A stretch of DNA of 62,911 bases from Mizuhopecten yessoensis (Eukaryota), in NCBI RefSeq assembly GCF_002113885.1, contig NW_018405437.1:228872-291782 (forward strand). The letters run 5' to 3'. Positions 1 through 15,300 of the stretch are shown in pieces. The notes below the pieces were generated by a model. It ran no database searches, was not told where the DNA came from, and worked only from the letters and a program-made list of their open reading frames with translations. Numbering within the stretch: position 1 is the stretch's first letter; every line of letters begins with the position of its first letter. The position numbers were made by a program, and so were the translations under genes.

Positions 1-559
1 AGGACAAAACATATCACAGTGTCACATACAGCAGTTCTGTATAGTTATGTCACAGCCACATCACTAAATGAAAACAACTTAACTCAAACTTGATACGAAA
101 AGACAGAAATTAACAAAATATCAAAGTTAAAAGAAAGTCACCAAGAACGCCCACGTAGAATCGAAAAATAAAACTTAAAATTAGGTGCGGCATTCGAAAT
201 AAAGTTTATCCATTGGAATCAATGGAATATGTAGTTCATCGACTGCTAAAGATACAGCCTTTAATCAGAGTAGACACTGAAACTGAATTCAGCGTATGCA
301 TATACCTTACTGATGTAGGTTGTATAAGACTGCGGGTGAGTTCTACGATTTCCTTAATGATCTCGTTTGTCATTTCTCTGTATACAATTTGAGCAAAACA
401 AGTGAAATAGAAAACGAGTGATTCTCAGAAGTCGCCAACGTTCCACTTTTGCTATGAAAATCTAGATCAAGTCCAGGTAATGTCGCGTCGTCTAAGCGCG
501 AGCGCGAACAGGACACACTAATAAGCATAACAAAACTTACACTTTCATTGTTCAAAGAA

Positions 560-830
560 ATGACATACGATATCATGAAATAAATCGTAGAATTTGGCCG
601 CAGTCGTCTACAACCTGCATCATTGGAAACTCTGTGTGAGGAGTTTCTCTGTCAGCAGTCAACATATATCATTCACAAGGATAACGATATTCGGAGTAAG
701 CTTCTTAATGCAAAACAAGTACGACAGGGTTGTCGACGCACTTATGTTACTCTCAAGGATGGGAAAGTTAAACATAGAAAATATTGAAATTGTAACGTTT
801 ATCAAACACTTTAGAAGCAAGTCATCCCTG
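560..830 (-). mobile_element. Decayed Penelope-like retroelement RT C-terminal fragment
   Basis: Frameshifted minus-strand translation LASKVFDKRYNFN.. / FNFPILESNISAS.. / LTEKLLTQSF resembles the KLYDKRDDFNF.IVNFPFL.SNIP...LT.KLL.QG region of Penelope-like RTs. Confidence 0.55.
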
Positions 831-3357
831 CTGATCATGTTGTAATTAAATCTAAATTCAAAAATTAAACTGTAAAGGTCAATTTTTGGATGTTCCACTG
901 TCACTCACAAACCACAATAAATATAAAAACAACATAAGACAACTAATTGGACTGTCTACCGTCACTGTTGGGTCATGTCTATAGAATGATTTGCTTTTCC
1001 ATATGGCAATAGCAAAATCTTAATTTAGCTTCATGTACAAAAGAGTTTTACTCAAGTTAAGCCAGACATTATCATATTAGTTTCTAGTGAAGTTCGTCAC
1101 CTCAAGTTATCCTATGACCACTTCGGTCAGAGAGTAAAACAGTTGATTGCGCGCCGTAACTGATGGTGCATACGTTTCTTAAAAGGTGCAGTCAATTCTG
1201 TGGAAAATCCTACCAAATTATACCAGAAAAATCAGCACACTCTTGATTTTCAAGAAAGTTGCACCGATTCAAGTTACAAGTGATCGTTCGAAACCGGCGA
1301 TGAAGCTTGCAGATACTAGTCCTTATGTGTACATTAACGACATAATGCTTTTTCTAGTAGTAGTATTATTTGTGTGTATGGCACGGTGGCTGAATGCGTA
1401 CATTTACATATATTTGTAATTTATAAGACAATTTCCTAATGTACCGTAAAAACGCCTTAGAAAAATACCTGATTTGGTATAGGGGCTGTGAATGTTGTAT
1501 ACCGATGTCCTTATTGTAAATGGCTTCAAATAGTGAAACCTTTAGTGCATGTCATATTTCATATGCGTTGATGCAAGCAATATATATATATCTTCAAAGA
1601 AATAGTTATTAATACTACACATGTATATAAAGATATTTCTACGTAAAGCAGTGCATATATGTCTATACAAGGAAAGATCCATTTTACTGATATACACGTA
1701 TAAAAAAGTAAACAATACTTAGATGCGTATACATGTACATATACGAACAGAAACAGGGAAAGGTGGATCCGACATTTAAGCGCCAGTTTTGTAATGAAAG
1801 CAATCCACAGATATGTGCTAATATGATGTGTCAGATTACCCTCAAATAAATGAAATATATGTGTACCCGTACTTCACTCGTGCAATCTGAGACGTGAGGT
1901 TGACACATATGTTGGTATATCTATTGCCTATATATTGCACGGACACATGAGTATTCGTTAGTGCGATATTTTTTCTATCCCTTCGAATTCGTACCTTTCT
2001 ACTATGTTGACTAAATGCATGATTGATCACGCAGGTCGAAACATGCGTTAACGGATGTAAAGATGTATCCTATGCTATCAGTTTTCGTGCAAATAACAGC
2101 ATCGATTAATTCGTTGAAATAATGCAGTATAAAATTGTTGCGCTTTTTGGCATTTTTTTAAAAAATATTGTTTAAGTATAGAAGTCCCCCTCCCTCTTCC
2201 GTACAAAGTTGGAAAGGTACACTTATGAAAGATTGTAGAGGGTTGATGACCGTAAAGATCGTGTACTGCATTGTTTATTCACGTTCACGCCGAGCCTAGG
2301 GTATGAATACGCTTATTTTTATCAATATGTATTGGAGCGTTAAATATGTCAGTGTATAGGAGAGTACATTAAGTTTACTGCGCTGTAGTGTTGTGTCAGC
2401 TTGTCGACGCTCGCTTAATTTACGTACTTAAAATTTACAGACTGATGTTATGACGTTGGAAATACTATCTAAATAACTACATATCAATAACAACAATTAT
2501 TTTTAGCATGGTATTACCTGTTCCTTTTTCTAGCCGATCTGTGTGTAACTCCCCCGCTCAGTCAGCTGCAGAAGGGACACATACTTCCCGGTAAGCAATA
2601 TATAAACCAAGTTATCCCCCTTATATTTTAGGTAACATACAACTATTTGTATCTTTATATATTTTTAGAAATAACAGTCTTTTTATGTAAAAAGATTGAT
2701 TGATTGACAATCAAAACGTAAGAATTCAGTATTTCAGTAACTTAACAACACCCTTTTTTTAACAAACAACACATAAAAGCCGGACACTCAATTAATTAAT
2801 GATATTAGCATATGATTATAATATTGTTAAAACATGACTATTGTTCTACTGATTTGATGTTTTGAGCCAAACTGAAAAAGTCGTAAACCGTTTATGTAAT
2901 ACATTAACTTTAAAGAATGATATACTGTTAATTAGATATACTGAAATGTTTACATTTCTTTATAACATCCATGAAAGCTACCAATAAAAAGCGTTGTTTA
3001 ATCCAGTTATCACAAAAATAATTACATGTGAATGTTATTAATCGGAATTAAAACTGTTTGAGTAATCAGATACAAATCATGACGTGACGTCAAATTCAAA
3101 TTTTAACGGAAATTCCCAATCATTTTGATTGACGTTCATCGCCTGACAGACATGGCAGCCATTGAAAGCAAATGTCTTGTTTACATACAGATGTAATGCA
3201 ATTCGATGACACATTTTCAGTGAACTGATTGACATAAAATTACATGACCAGTTTTGGTTCATACCCGATCTCAAAGTAATGTTGTATGGCTGGTCATGTA
3301 ATATTACAGAATTGACTTTTTTAGATTACCAATGCGTTTTCTACACACAACACTCTG

Positions 3358-4985
3358 AAAGACGACGTGGTATAGCTAACGTACTAAAAAAAGATGACGC
3401 GGTATGGCTTACGTACTATGTAAAGACGACGTGGCATGGCTAACGTACTATAAAAAGATGACGTGGTATGACTAACGTACTATATAAAGACGCCGTGGCA
3501 TGGCTAACGTACTATATAAAGACGACGTGGTATGACTAACGTACTATATAAAGACGACGTGGCATGGCTTACGTACTATATAAAGATCGGCGTGGTATGA
3601 CTAACGTACTATATAAAGATCGGCGTGGCATGGCTAACGTACTATATAAAGACGACGTGACATGGCTAATGTACTATATAAAGACGACGTGACATGGCTA
3701 ACGTACTATATAAAGACGACATGGCATGGCTAACGTACTATATATAGACGACGTGGCATGGCTAACGTACTGTATAAAGACGACGTGACATGACTTATGT
3801 ACTATATAAAGACGACGTGGTATGACTTATGTACTATATAAAGACGACGAGGCATGGCTAATGTACTATATAAAGACGACGTGGCATGGTTAACGTACTG
3901 TATAAAGACGACGTGGCATGGCTTATGTACTATATAAAGATCGGCGTGGTGTGGCTTATGTACTATATAAAGACGACGAGGCATGGCTTACGTACTATAT
4001 AAAGACGACGTGGCATGGCTAACGTACTATATAAAGATCGGCGTGGTATGGCTTATGTACTATATAAAGACGACGAGTCATGGCTTACGTACTATATAAA
4101 GACGACATGGCATGGCTAACGTACTGTATAAAGACGACGTGGCATGGCTTATGTACTATATAAAGACGACGAGGCGTGGCTTACGTACTATATAAAGATC
4201 GGCTTGGTATGACTAACGTACTATATAAAGACGACATAGCATGGCATGACTAACGTACTATATAAAGACGACATGGCATGGCTAACGTACTATATAAAGA
4301 CGACGAGGCATGGCTAACTTACTGTATAAAGACGACGTGGCATGGCTTTTGTACTATATAAAGACGACGAGGCGTGGCTTACGTACTATATAAAGATCGG
4401 CTTGGGATGACTAACGTACTATATAAAGACGACATGGCATGGCCAACGTACTATATAAAGACGACGAGGCATGCCTAACGTACTATATAAAGACGACATG
4501 GCATGGTTAACGTACTATATAAAGACGACGAGGCATTGCTAACGTACTGTATAAAGACGACGTGGCATGGCTTATGTACTATATAAAGACGACGAGTCAT
4601 GGCTTACGTACTATATAAAGACGACATGGCATGGCATGACTAACGTACTATATAAAGACGACGTGGCATGGCTAACGTACTATATAAAGACGACGAGGCA
4701 TGACTAACGTACTATATAAAGACGACGGGGCATGGCTAACGTACTATATAAAGACGACGAGGCATGGCTAACGTACTGTATAAAGACGACGTGGCATGGC
4801 TTACGTACTATATAAAGACGACGAAGCATGGCTAACGTACTGTAGAAAGACGACGAGGCATGGCTAACGTACTATATAAAGACGACGTGGCATGGCTATC
4901 GTACTTTATAAAGACGACGAGGCATGGCTTACGTACTATATAAAGACGACGTGGCATGGCTAACGTACTATATAAAGATCGGCGT
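3358..4985. repeat. Minisatellite, 32-bp unit, ~50 copies
   Basis: Consensus TAAAGACGACGTGGCATGGCTAACGTACTATA; variants carry GATCGG, GAGG and GCATG insertions. Confidence 0.97.
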
Positions 4986-5669
4986 GTAACACGCGATTTG
5001 TCGTTTAATGAGTATGTTGACGGTTAACAAGTCTGTATAGATCATTCATTATATATGCATCTATTCTTATATCATGACCTTGCAATACAATTTGATACAC
5101 TTATATAACGTTCAATAGATTCAGTTTATTCACTTCTGTTGGCAGCGCAATCGTTTCTGAAACTTTTGCTTTTTATTTAAACGGGCGTTTTATTCTATAA
5201 AACGAGCAGCACTCTTTACGGTATTCACAGATCTTGTGGACATCTACTCTTACCCGATTACAGATGAGTATGTGGAATAAATAAAATGTAAGTTTTTCCT
5301 TATAAACAATATAGTATTTTATTACATTAATTTACATGTGATATCAAAATATACAATATTGTAAAAAGAAACATCAAACATATTATATTCATATCTACAC
5401 ACAATTTGAACCAGATGCAATGAAACACTGATATAGCCAGCAAATATTTCAAAACGTATACGTGTATGTCTTTTATATAAGACCTGGTGATATAAATGGT
5501 CAATCAATTCGCATGGTCATGCTGCTTATATCACAATGTTAGTGTTGAGGTCGTATGCTGATGGATAAATTTAAAATACACGTTTCTGAATTTGATGAGG
5601 TGATGCTACTCTGATTTGATCTGGATTTACATAGCGGTTATCGTCGATTAACCAGAGCTGTTGAGCAGA

Positions 5670-5882
5670 GGGGCCGCAGTGGTTAAGGCATCCGACATTA
5701 TGCTACCACTAACCCTCCACCACTGGGCCACGGGCTCGAGGCATGCGTTGGGCAGTCGCTAGATACTGACCGTAGTTCATTTGGATTTATCCGGCAACTC
5801 CGGTTTTTCACCATCAGCAAACTCTTGCACGTCCTTAAACGACCATAGCTGTTAAAAGGACGTAACACACAAACAAAACCAA
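5670..5882 (+). mobile_element. tRNA-derived SINE, near full length, diverged
   Basis: GGGCCGCAGTGGTTAAG A-box-like head and core ACCACTAACCCTCCACCACTGGG shared with 24395-24520. Also CCGG..ACTCCGGTTT core and A/C-rich tail after GCTGTTAAAAGGACGTAA. Confidence 0.7.
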
Positions 5883-6301
5883 CTAGTACCGCCTACTGTC
5901 CGGACACTGCTGGTCATATCCTCATTTAACTCTATCCTTGATCTCCCTGTTGATGTTTCATTTATCAATATTTTGCCCAGTTTTCGTCAATTGTTTTATA
6001 TCTAATTGCGCTTCTGTTTCGTTAAATCGGTAATCTCTGTCTCCTTTGAAAAATAGAACACCAATTCTTCGTTTTCATTTAAGCATGAGTGTTCCATCTG
6101 ATGAATATCAAAAAATATGTTTTTGTTAAATAATGTTTTTAGCATTATGCAAACAGTGTACATTTTGATGTAATTGAAACAGTATAAATTTTGTTTACCA
6201 ATACATTTAACAGTACGGGTTTGCCATAAAATTAAGGTATTATTATTAGCAGTGAAGCGTATACAACAGTTTTACCAAGACAGGAACAAATGTTGTACTC
6301 G

Positions 6302-9300
6302 TCAGGCGAACAGTAATCCTGAAAACAAAGAAACAAACACAAATGTTTAACAGATTCCAAATACGTAAATATGTATACAGTTCGTGGAAAAGTTTGGTTT
6401 ATAATTGTTTCCAGATCAGTGTTACTTGTTATTACGTTTTTAGATGAAGTATATACGTTGCAATATATTATATTGAAGCTTATCATATTTCGACGTTAGA
6501 CGAGACTAATGTTTATCTTTTAATACTATCATGTCATTGGCCATGATAGAATACACACTCCTGTGAATATCGTTAATAGCACCAAGTGTGGACGAATGTG
6601 AGTTTGGTTTATGGTTAACTGTCCCATTAACAGCTAAGGTAATTAAAGGACGTGTCTTAATGTAGGTACACATTAGCGTTAATCTATCTCGTTATCATAC
6701 ACCCCGGATAACATTGTAAGGGAAGTACACCGAATCCACTTGTAGTCTGATGGCCTATAGCCACACATCCTGTGGATGATCACTTCCAATCTGCGCACTG
6801 ATCCTGCACGAGGAACATCCTGCTTCCCGGACTATATATGACTTGATCATGCTGCACTTGTAATAGTATTTTGAACTTTATATCATGAAAATCGTAACTG
6901 CCCTATAACATTCGCTCTATACACCATATCCCAACATCACTGCTTACTGAAACATGCATATATTTTACTTAGTATTCTATATATCCCAATGATACTGTAT
7001 GGAACTGCAGTAACACTCTTCTTGGTAGATTACGAACGTATGTCGCGGATTATATAGGAGAAATATGACTATACATACATACCAGCTACACAAGCGGTTA
7101 GATAACTGGCTATCGTTCCAGCTATAAGTCCTCTCATTGCCAACTTGGACAGTTCACCGACTCGCCCGGGGGCGAGGACCGCAAATGATCCGAGGGTTAT
7201 TCCAACAGAAGGCATGCTAGCGAATCCACACATGGCATATGTGGTGATTAGCTCTGAGCGGTCCTGGTAAAAGAAAAAGGACCAAACAATCATATACTCT
7301 ACATAACTCTCATTTAAAATGACTAAATGTTTAGATGAAGATGAATGGACTACAGAAAAATATGTTTGCCTCATTAAAAATGTTATTTTAGAAACTACGT
7401 TAAAAAATACACTATCACATAACGGCGGGAAAGTTACAATAAAAATGGAAGCTACATAGATATTTATTATGCATAATAGCGTTTAGGGAATTCAGTTACA
7501 GTACACCTCAATATCTATATTGAATAAATAAGACAAAAAAAAAACACCCAAGCTTCTGCTTCATAATTTTTTCAAAATTACCGTCAGAATTCCGTTTTCT
7601 AGCGTCAGGTTCCAGTTCGGAAGAAATATGTCGCCGCTAGAGGTCAGCACTGTGTTGTTGTATATTTCATTATATTCGTTGTATTTCTCCTTGTTTGTAA
7701 AGTACGTTCCCATTTGCAAGTAACCAAGGGCGACGGTTGCAAACATGCGCACACCCAACATTTCGGCAACTTTCAGACAATCAATAGCATCAATTCCCAT
7801 GATGAACGCCAATGGCCAAAGACAATAGGAAAATATTTTCTGAAATATATTAGCACTTAATATTTCATGTATTTTGTTTTACTGCTTATATGATAAAATA
7901 ATAGTGAGGAAGGTACAAACACCCCACTAAATACCTCAAATAAACGGTTAGTCCAAAATATGAACAGTGACATATAGGATACATAAGTACCAAACATGCA
8001 AAGGAGCATAGGAAAACAAATCAGACAAGCGGTCACCTGAGTAATATCATAGGTACTGGTAGCTTAATTTTATTGTTTAGATGTGATGTGGAAATCAACA
8101 TGTAAACTAAGTGAAATACAATACTTGTCATGTCATCAAAGGATAAGAAGTTAAAAATAGTTGTAAATGTTCCCTTTGGGGCCCCGCTCTAACCCCTGGG
8201 GATGGGGCAGGAATTCCAAGTTTTCAATGTGATACCGTCATCCACCAAAGATGATTCTGACCAAGTAAAAATAATTTCCAACAGAAAATTGTCAAAATAT
8301 ACCCAAAAGTGTTGTTTCCCTATATAAACTATAGTAAACTTTATCCCCTCCCCAAGGGAGAACGGAAAGCTCGGGGGTCCTGAAATTTACAATTTAAATA
8401 AAGCCCCTGATGATCTTTCCATCCATGCAGAGAAAATGACTGTAATACATCTGAGTCTGGAGAAGAAGATTTTTGAAATATTGGCTAATTTTCCCTTTTG
8501 GGCCCCGCCCTGGCCCCTAGGGTTGGGGTAGGGATCCCGATTTTACAATTTAAAACAATCTTCCTCTTCCAAGGATAATTCTCATCAAGGAGAAATAATT
8601 TCCAACAGAAAATTGTCAAACTATACCCAAAAGTGTTGTTTCCCTATATGAACTAAAGTAAACTTTACCCCCTCCCCAAGAGAGAACGGATAGCTCGGGG
8701 GCCCTGAAATTTACAATTTAAATAAAGCCCGTGATGATCTTTCCATCCATACAGAGAAAATGACTGTAATACCTCTGAGTCTGAAGAAGAAGATTTTTGA
8801 AATATTGGTTAATTTTCCCTTTGGGGGCCCGCCCTGGCCCCAGGGGTTGGGGTAGGAATCCCAATTTCACAATTTGGTAGCCCCATCTACCAAGGATGAT
8901 TCTGACCAAGTTTGAAAAAATTCCATCCACTGGTTCTTGAGAAGAAGTTGATAATGTAAAAGTTTACGCACGACGCACGACGGACGACGGACGACGACGG
9001 ACGGAAAGTGGTTGGATTAGGTCACTTGAGCAAAGCTCAGGTGACCTAAAAAAGACAAACCTTACCCAACCCACGATAAAAACTATGAAGACGATCACTC
9101 GAAAAACCCCACTAAAGATCACGTAGACTCATCTAGGTGAATATGTAATAAAGACACTAGACCTACACAGACGAAACTAGGTGGATATGCCAAACTCAAA
9201 AAGAAAACAAAAACACTCGTAGAATAAACTAGCTATGCAAACAAGCTGCGTATCAAAACCCCAACATAAAACAAAATTGACGAATACCAACAAAATCTCG

Positions 9301-12300
9301 TCAAACACGAAGTGGGCAATTGTAGGTGTATAGCATACACCCTCCCCAAAATCAATTGCATCAATACCGAATCGAACCAATAGAAAATCACACCGTATTT
9401 AATTGAAAGGTATTGTTAAATTACATAAAAACACATCAACAGTTACACCCTTCAAAACGTTTCCTGATAATTTCCGGAAATGCCACGCCCAATTCAAATT
9501 ATTTATATATGAGAGAGACTGAATGTTTGTAATATTAAGATTTAAGTACATATTGAAACATTGTCATTCGGTAAATATAAAAGTCAAATTAATTTGACTA
9601 CTGTTTTTTTTCTGATTTGCTCACCTGGAGTGTGAGCTCTTCCACTCCCGCCCTGTCTCCAAACCACGTGATTGAAGCATTGACAAATGCAAAGAGGGAT
9701 ATATAAATGAGGAGGTTTACGAGGACGTTCACCATGAGCTGTAGGCCCTGCATTCCACCTAATGACAGGGCTTGCATCAAACTCTTGGTACCACTACAAC
9801 AGAGGTTTTGACAGTGTTATCTTTTCAAAAATGATTCATTTTTAATGAAATTCAATCGAGCTGGTAAACGATATCATATTTGTGGTAAAAATTAGTAATC
9901 GTTACTCACATATAACGGCAGGATATTATGATATATAAATATAAATATATACTTTTACTGGTTTGAAACACGATTCCAGTCTAGGTTTTTTCCCTGGTCA
10001 GATAATTGAACAGCTACATGGAAAAAGTAAAGTGTATGTAACAATGATATGCAACAACAACAATAACAACAACAACAACAACAACTTATATCGTCGCCTA
10101 AACTTTATATTAGTGAAAAGAAACAGAATTTGGTGGCTTTGAACGCCGCGAATAAGCATTTTCAGGTTGACAAGGGCCAATCAGGACGGTATTGTCAAAC
10201 TATCGCCCTGATTGATCGATCCATGTTGATATATTTCACTGAGTGAAAAGCTCTTATTTCATAACTGTCACCAAGTGAATGATATTACTTTTATCAGCTA
10301 TATACAATTATGTGTACAACCTTAATAAACAGAGAAAAAAAAATGTATTTTATTCATTAAAAATAAAAAAAAACATTACGCACGTGTCTCGTGGTTATTA
10401 ATATTTACTTGTTGTCAATCAACAGTGGCTGTACTCTAACACTCCGACATACCTCTTGGTTCCCACGACACAGATTTTAGTGTCGTCCTTGCCCGTTTCG
10501 GATGGATACACCATTTTGGACGCCACCAAAGCTGCTGGTGCAGACATGACTGATGCTGTCAAAAGATATTCGACAGGTACCTACAATGAAAAGACTATAA
10601 TGTCATGTTTTCTTCTTCTTTGAGTTAGAAAGCTTAAAGGACGCTCGTGCTACCAGACATGTGAGAGGGCCTGTAGTTTGGTGATGGTTTTGGGTGGTGT
10701 TGGTGTATTCTAATGAAGATGTTATATTATCCTTGAAGCAATACAGATCGCCATCGTGAGTTGAAAATAACATTACCGTAAACAAACAGAAGCGTGCTAT
10801 AGTGGCTGTCGGAAGTCTTTGATCAGCATACAACAATACGTATTGGCAGACTGTACATCGATGTAATAGGCTGTATTATAATATATGGTGTGCCGTTTTA
10901 CAATTGATATTATAGATCGTAATGTAATTGTATACTATACATCTAACTGTATTATACTGTGCTATCAGTACTTATAGTGGAGGACATTTCATTAAAGTAT
11001 ATTGTACAACACTATTTACAATTGTACGGATACAATGTGCAGTCCTATGGTAATGTATGTATGTTTTCTCTCCGACGTGATATAAAACACAAGGAATAGA
11101 GAATCTAAATATGTGCCATTGTATGAGCAAACTGGCATTTGGGTTTTTTTTTTACAAATGAAAAAACAAAAAGCATTTCTAAAGACACACACGGTAACGT
11201 GATGGCATCTCATTTTAACTGAGTGATGTTTACCCGGTAAATGTTTTTTAAGCTGAACATTATAATGGACAGCAAAGCAAATCAATGATTGCCAGATTTG
11301 TAATATAGATGTGTGACTTTGAAACTGGCTGATTACAATTGTAACAACCACGACGGTTGATGTTTACTTCTATGATATTGTTGGGAATGCTCCCTATTGC
11401 CCCGTCGATAGCAATGTGAAATATAACAGTAGCCAAAATAATTAAGAACGATTTTCTACAAGCTTTTCTAACAAGGTTGACCTTATTCTCAAATCACAAC
11501 AATTGGTAAATGTTATGGGTATGGATGTATGCAAATGGTAAAGGCTGTATTATCAAGAAAAGAATAAAAAGTGAGCAATCAATTTAGACATTTACCACAC
11601 ACATCCGAAATGGATAATCTTAAACAATGGTTCTCCTGTAAGCTGCTCTTTCTGTCTTTAATTTCTTTCCTTTATGGTTTGTATGGGGTTTAACATTCTC
11701 GCAACATCTACGATCATATAAAAACCGATATGCAAATAATTTTGTATCATCAGCAATAGTTCAGCATATGTACATGTTAACATACCAATGCTACTAAGTG
11801 TTATATTTTTCACACAACACTCATTTCTCTATGTTCATTTCGTTGGTTCTAAAGAACCAGGATGCTGTGAACAAAGGATCAATGTAAGTCGGAAGTATGC
11901 AGTGTCTTCATATATTTCTTACTCTTTAGAGTGTCTCAGGTTGTGTGTCGGATAAGCGTCGATATAAAACATAAGTTGAATGGTCAAGAAAGTGCTGCGA
12001 TTGGTCAGTTGACCAAATAACAACTCTGACCAATCGAATAAGTAACGAACATGCAACACACCAACAACATCAATGACGTCACAAACATGTGTACTTTCAG
12101 GTAAAATATATACACGAACTCTTACGTGTAACTATATATATAGAGGGAAAAAATAAGATTAACGACCGACTAAAAAACTAGCTGCTTTCACCCTTCACAT
12201 GGCTCTTCAGGTTCAATCTGAAGAGCCCTGTGAAGGGTGAAAGCAGCTAGTTTTTTAGTCGGTCGTTAATCTTATTTTTCCATATTTACTTCCTTCACAT

Positions 12301-15300
12301 GGAAATTTAATCCCTTTTTATCATATACATATACATATAACGAACACAAAATAAACATAGGGTTACAAACATGTATATAAAGCAGGAGAAACGAACAGAA
12401 ATTGTGTAGACGTACCCCGAAATTGGAGAAAAGGACGAGAGCGGAGCCGGCTATGGAAGACAATCCATTTGTGTAAATACAAAAGATGTGGGACGTAGAT
12501 AGCGAGTCTATGTACTCACTGATGACCATCAATGATTCGATCTACAGCAGATGTAACGATAAATGTGAAAAAATGAAGCTGGATGTCTTAACTTCAATCA
12601 GCAGCATATTGTAATTAATTCCTTTGGTTATTTCTCTTAATATCAGCTCTATAAAATTATGTGATCTGAATGCCTTATTTAATAATTTAAAGATTAATTT
12701 CCTTCGAAATTATTGAAATTATTTGACAGATGAAGCATTTTCCGTAGAAATATATTCGCGTATACATCGCTTGCAAATATACAAAAAATTAGAACTACAT
12801 GAAGTAAAAAAAGAATAATAGTATTTCCTATGCTAGCAGTAGCTGTTGAAATAATTTGATATCACTAATAATTTAATGTATTCATACATACCCCACTCAT
12901 GAATATATTCGTTGCAGCGTTCATGGATTCCACCGGATTCGTTTGTAGACAGTAACCAAGAAAACCGCCAAGGTTTGAGATGATGAAGGCCAAAACGCCA
13001 AGGTAGGATAAAACAGCAATGGCAGAACAAAACACAATCACAGAGGGAACAACCTATAGCAGGATAACATATAAAATATAATACGGGGACCTTTTTTGAT
13101 ATGTTATATAGATGTTTCATACAAGTTGGGGTATTAGCTGATAACCCTCATGTAACTTAAGAATAGTGTAATATGGACCCAAAATGGAATATGTTTTCAA
13201 AAAATATATTGAAGGGTAAGGTATATATAAACCGTTTCATAACGTTACATATTGTCAACATGTCGGTACAACAGATAACTTTTGCCTAAACTAGTATATC
13301 ATGCAAACCATACAAGAAAATTATTTCGGTTGTAAAGCTACGGCCAACCTCGGGGACTGATAGTCTACCTTGTTACGTCAAAATGATAACTGGAAATATG
13401 ATAGAATGAACATTTAACCATGACCGTTTCGTCCATTTAGGGATCACCAGTATTACTTCAGGTTACTCCAATTTGTAAAATTATTCTGATAACAACTGAC
13501 CTTGAATATCAAATTGAATTCCTTGTATCTTTTACTGAAAATGAAAGCTGAACCGGTGTCGGAGAAAGCAATGAATTCCAAAAATCTGTCCGTTGTCCAG
13601 TTCACAGCACCGATGCCCCATTCTGTGCGGAGAATGATCAGAGCGAAACCAAACTCGAGTGACAGTCCCCAAAACACTGTATGCCAGTTAATCTGTAACG
13701 ATTTCAATAGTACAATGCTACTCTCCTGTAATAATTATTGTTGTTATTGGCAAGTATGGTGCCCCGGGTTTCAGTGTTACCTAACAGTACCTAACTGTCA
13801 AAGTTCTTTTTTGTATCCTTTTCCCAATAACAAAAATAGATAGATATCGTGAGATAAAATTGATAAACTGATGTTATTTAATAAGAAATAAATTTCGGTA
13901 AAAAATATTAAGTTAGACAGATCGACTAACAGTATAAAACACTTATTTACATGATATGTTGTTTTGTTTTGTAAAGATACAAGCTTCCGAGTGATCTAGA
14001 TAATTGGTCTTTGGAAGTTTACCTTGAATTCATATTAAGTTATTTACATGCGTGAAATATAAATTAACCTACATCATATCTTAACTTACATTTGCCTTGT
14101 TATTTGACATGAGGAAAAGGATGAAGATGAAGACGAATATCCCGCCGAGTGAGACGAGGTTTCTTGGTCTAGTTTGTATAACTGCTAACCCTATGTAGAC
14201 TGCAATAAGCGTCAGCACCACAAAGTACAACGTCCTAGACGGAATAAAGGTAAATAGATTTCGTATGTTATCCTCACACTTCGTACTTCATTCCTAGAAA
14301 GGTGCTTGTAAGAAGGAGCTTTGTCCCGGATTTTGAGTTTTTCACGTAGATTACAGATTTTACAGAATATCACATACTTACATTATTTACATGTTACTTA
14401 TACATACATTTTTTGCCACTTGTGTATTCTTTGCATGTGTCAATTGAATATGTTAAAAAGAAATTACATGCTTATCAAATAGGAAAAAACCTAGACTTCC
14501 AATATAATATGCTCCCAAATAAACAACTAAGGAACAAGGACTTTTATGAGCTCAAACAATAGAATATAAAAAATATAAAATGAAATTGTTTTAGATATTA
14601 ATAAAACCATCTCTGTTCCTCGTGTAAGTAACTTGTCTACACCAAAGCGGGCAGAGTGGGGTTATACAAAGTGCTGTATCCACGATTGTATCTGTCAGCT
14701 GACGGAAACGCATCATGTAGGACCTATTTAGTTGATAGATTGCCAAAGTATAAATATAATTTTATGTAAACTGTTCTACAATTCACGTCTGCCGCAGGCA
14801 AGGTTAATCTAGTAGTGTATGTATGTTTTATTATATACATGATTTATATCAGATATTGCTCATCTTTAACACTTATGTAATAGATGTACGCCCGGCCAAT
14901 GACAGATCATGAACAATTCATACCAGCACGAGTAAATTGTATTTAATACCTAAATGTTTGATAAAAGAGAAACAGCAACATTTTGATTAATATTTACTAA
15001 CGGGAGGTATATAAACATGATAATCATACAGCATATGTGTTTCTCTCAAACCATTCATGCAGAACAGGGAATTCTATCGGGTCCATGAGGTCAAACAACT
15101 CTTAATTCGACGTTATCAATATGTTTAACATTGGAAACGATTATAATGTGTAACTTAACTATGTCTTATATAACTGAATATTGATGAAGCATGTACTAGT
15201 TTTTATTATTACAAAAACAATAATACTCACCATCTTACTATTTTTTTCGCCTTGGTAATATTTTCAGGATTCTTTGATCCAAGTGATTTTTTAAATGCCC

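Noticed and set aside
3358-4985. CRISPR-like array (32-bp repeats); the same was considered for the 37-, 42- and 43-bp arrays
   Set aside because: Units are head-to-tail with no unique spacers, there are no cas genes, and the context is eukaryotic.
13502-13843. Plus-strand ORFs overlapping exons (also 15252-15749, 45562-45756, 55231-55428)
   Set aside because: Antisense shadows of real minus-strand coding exons.
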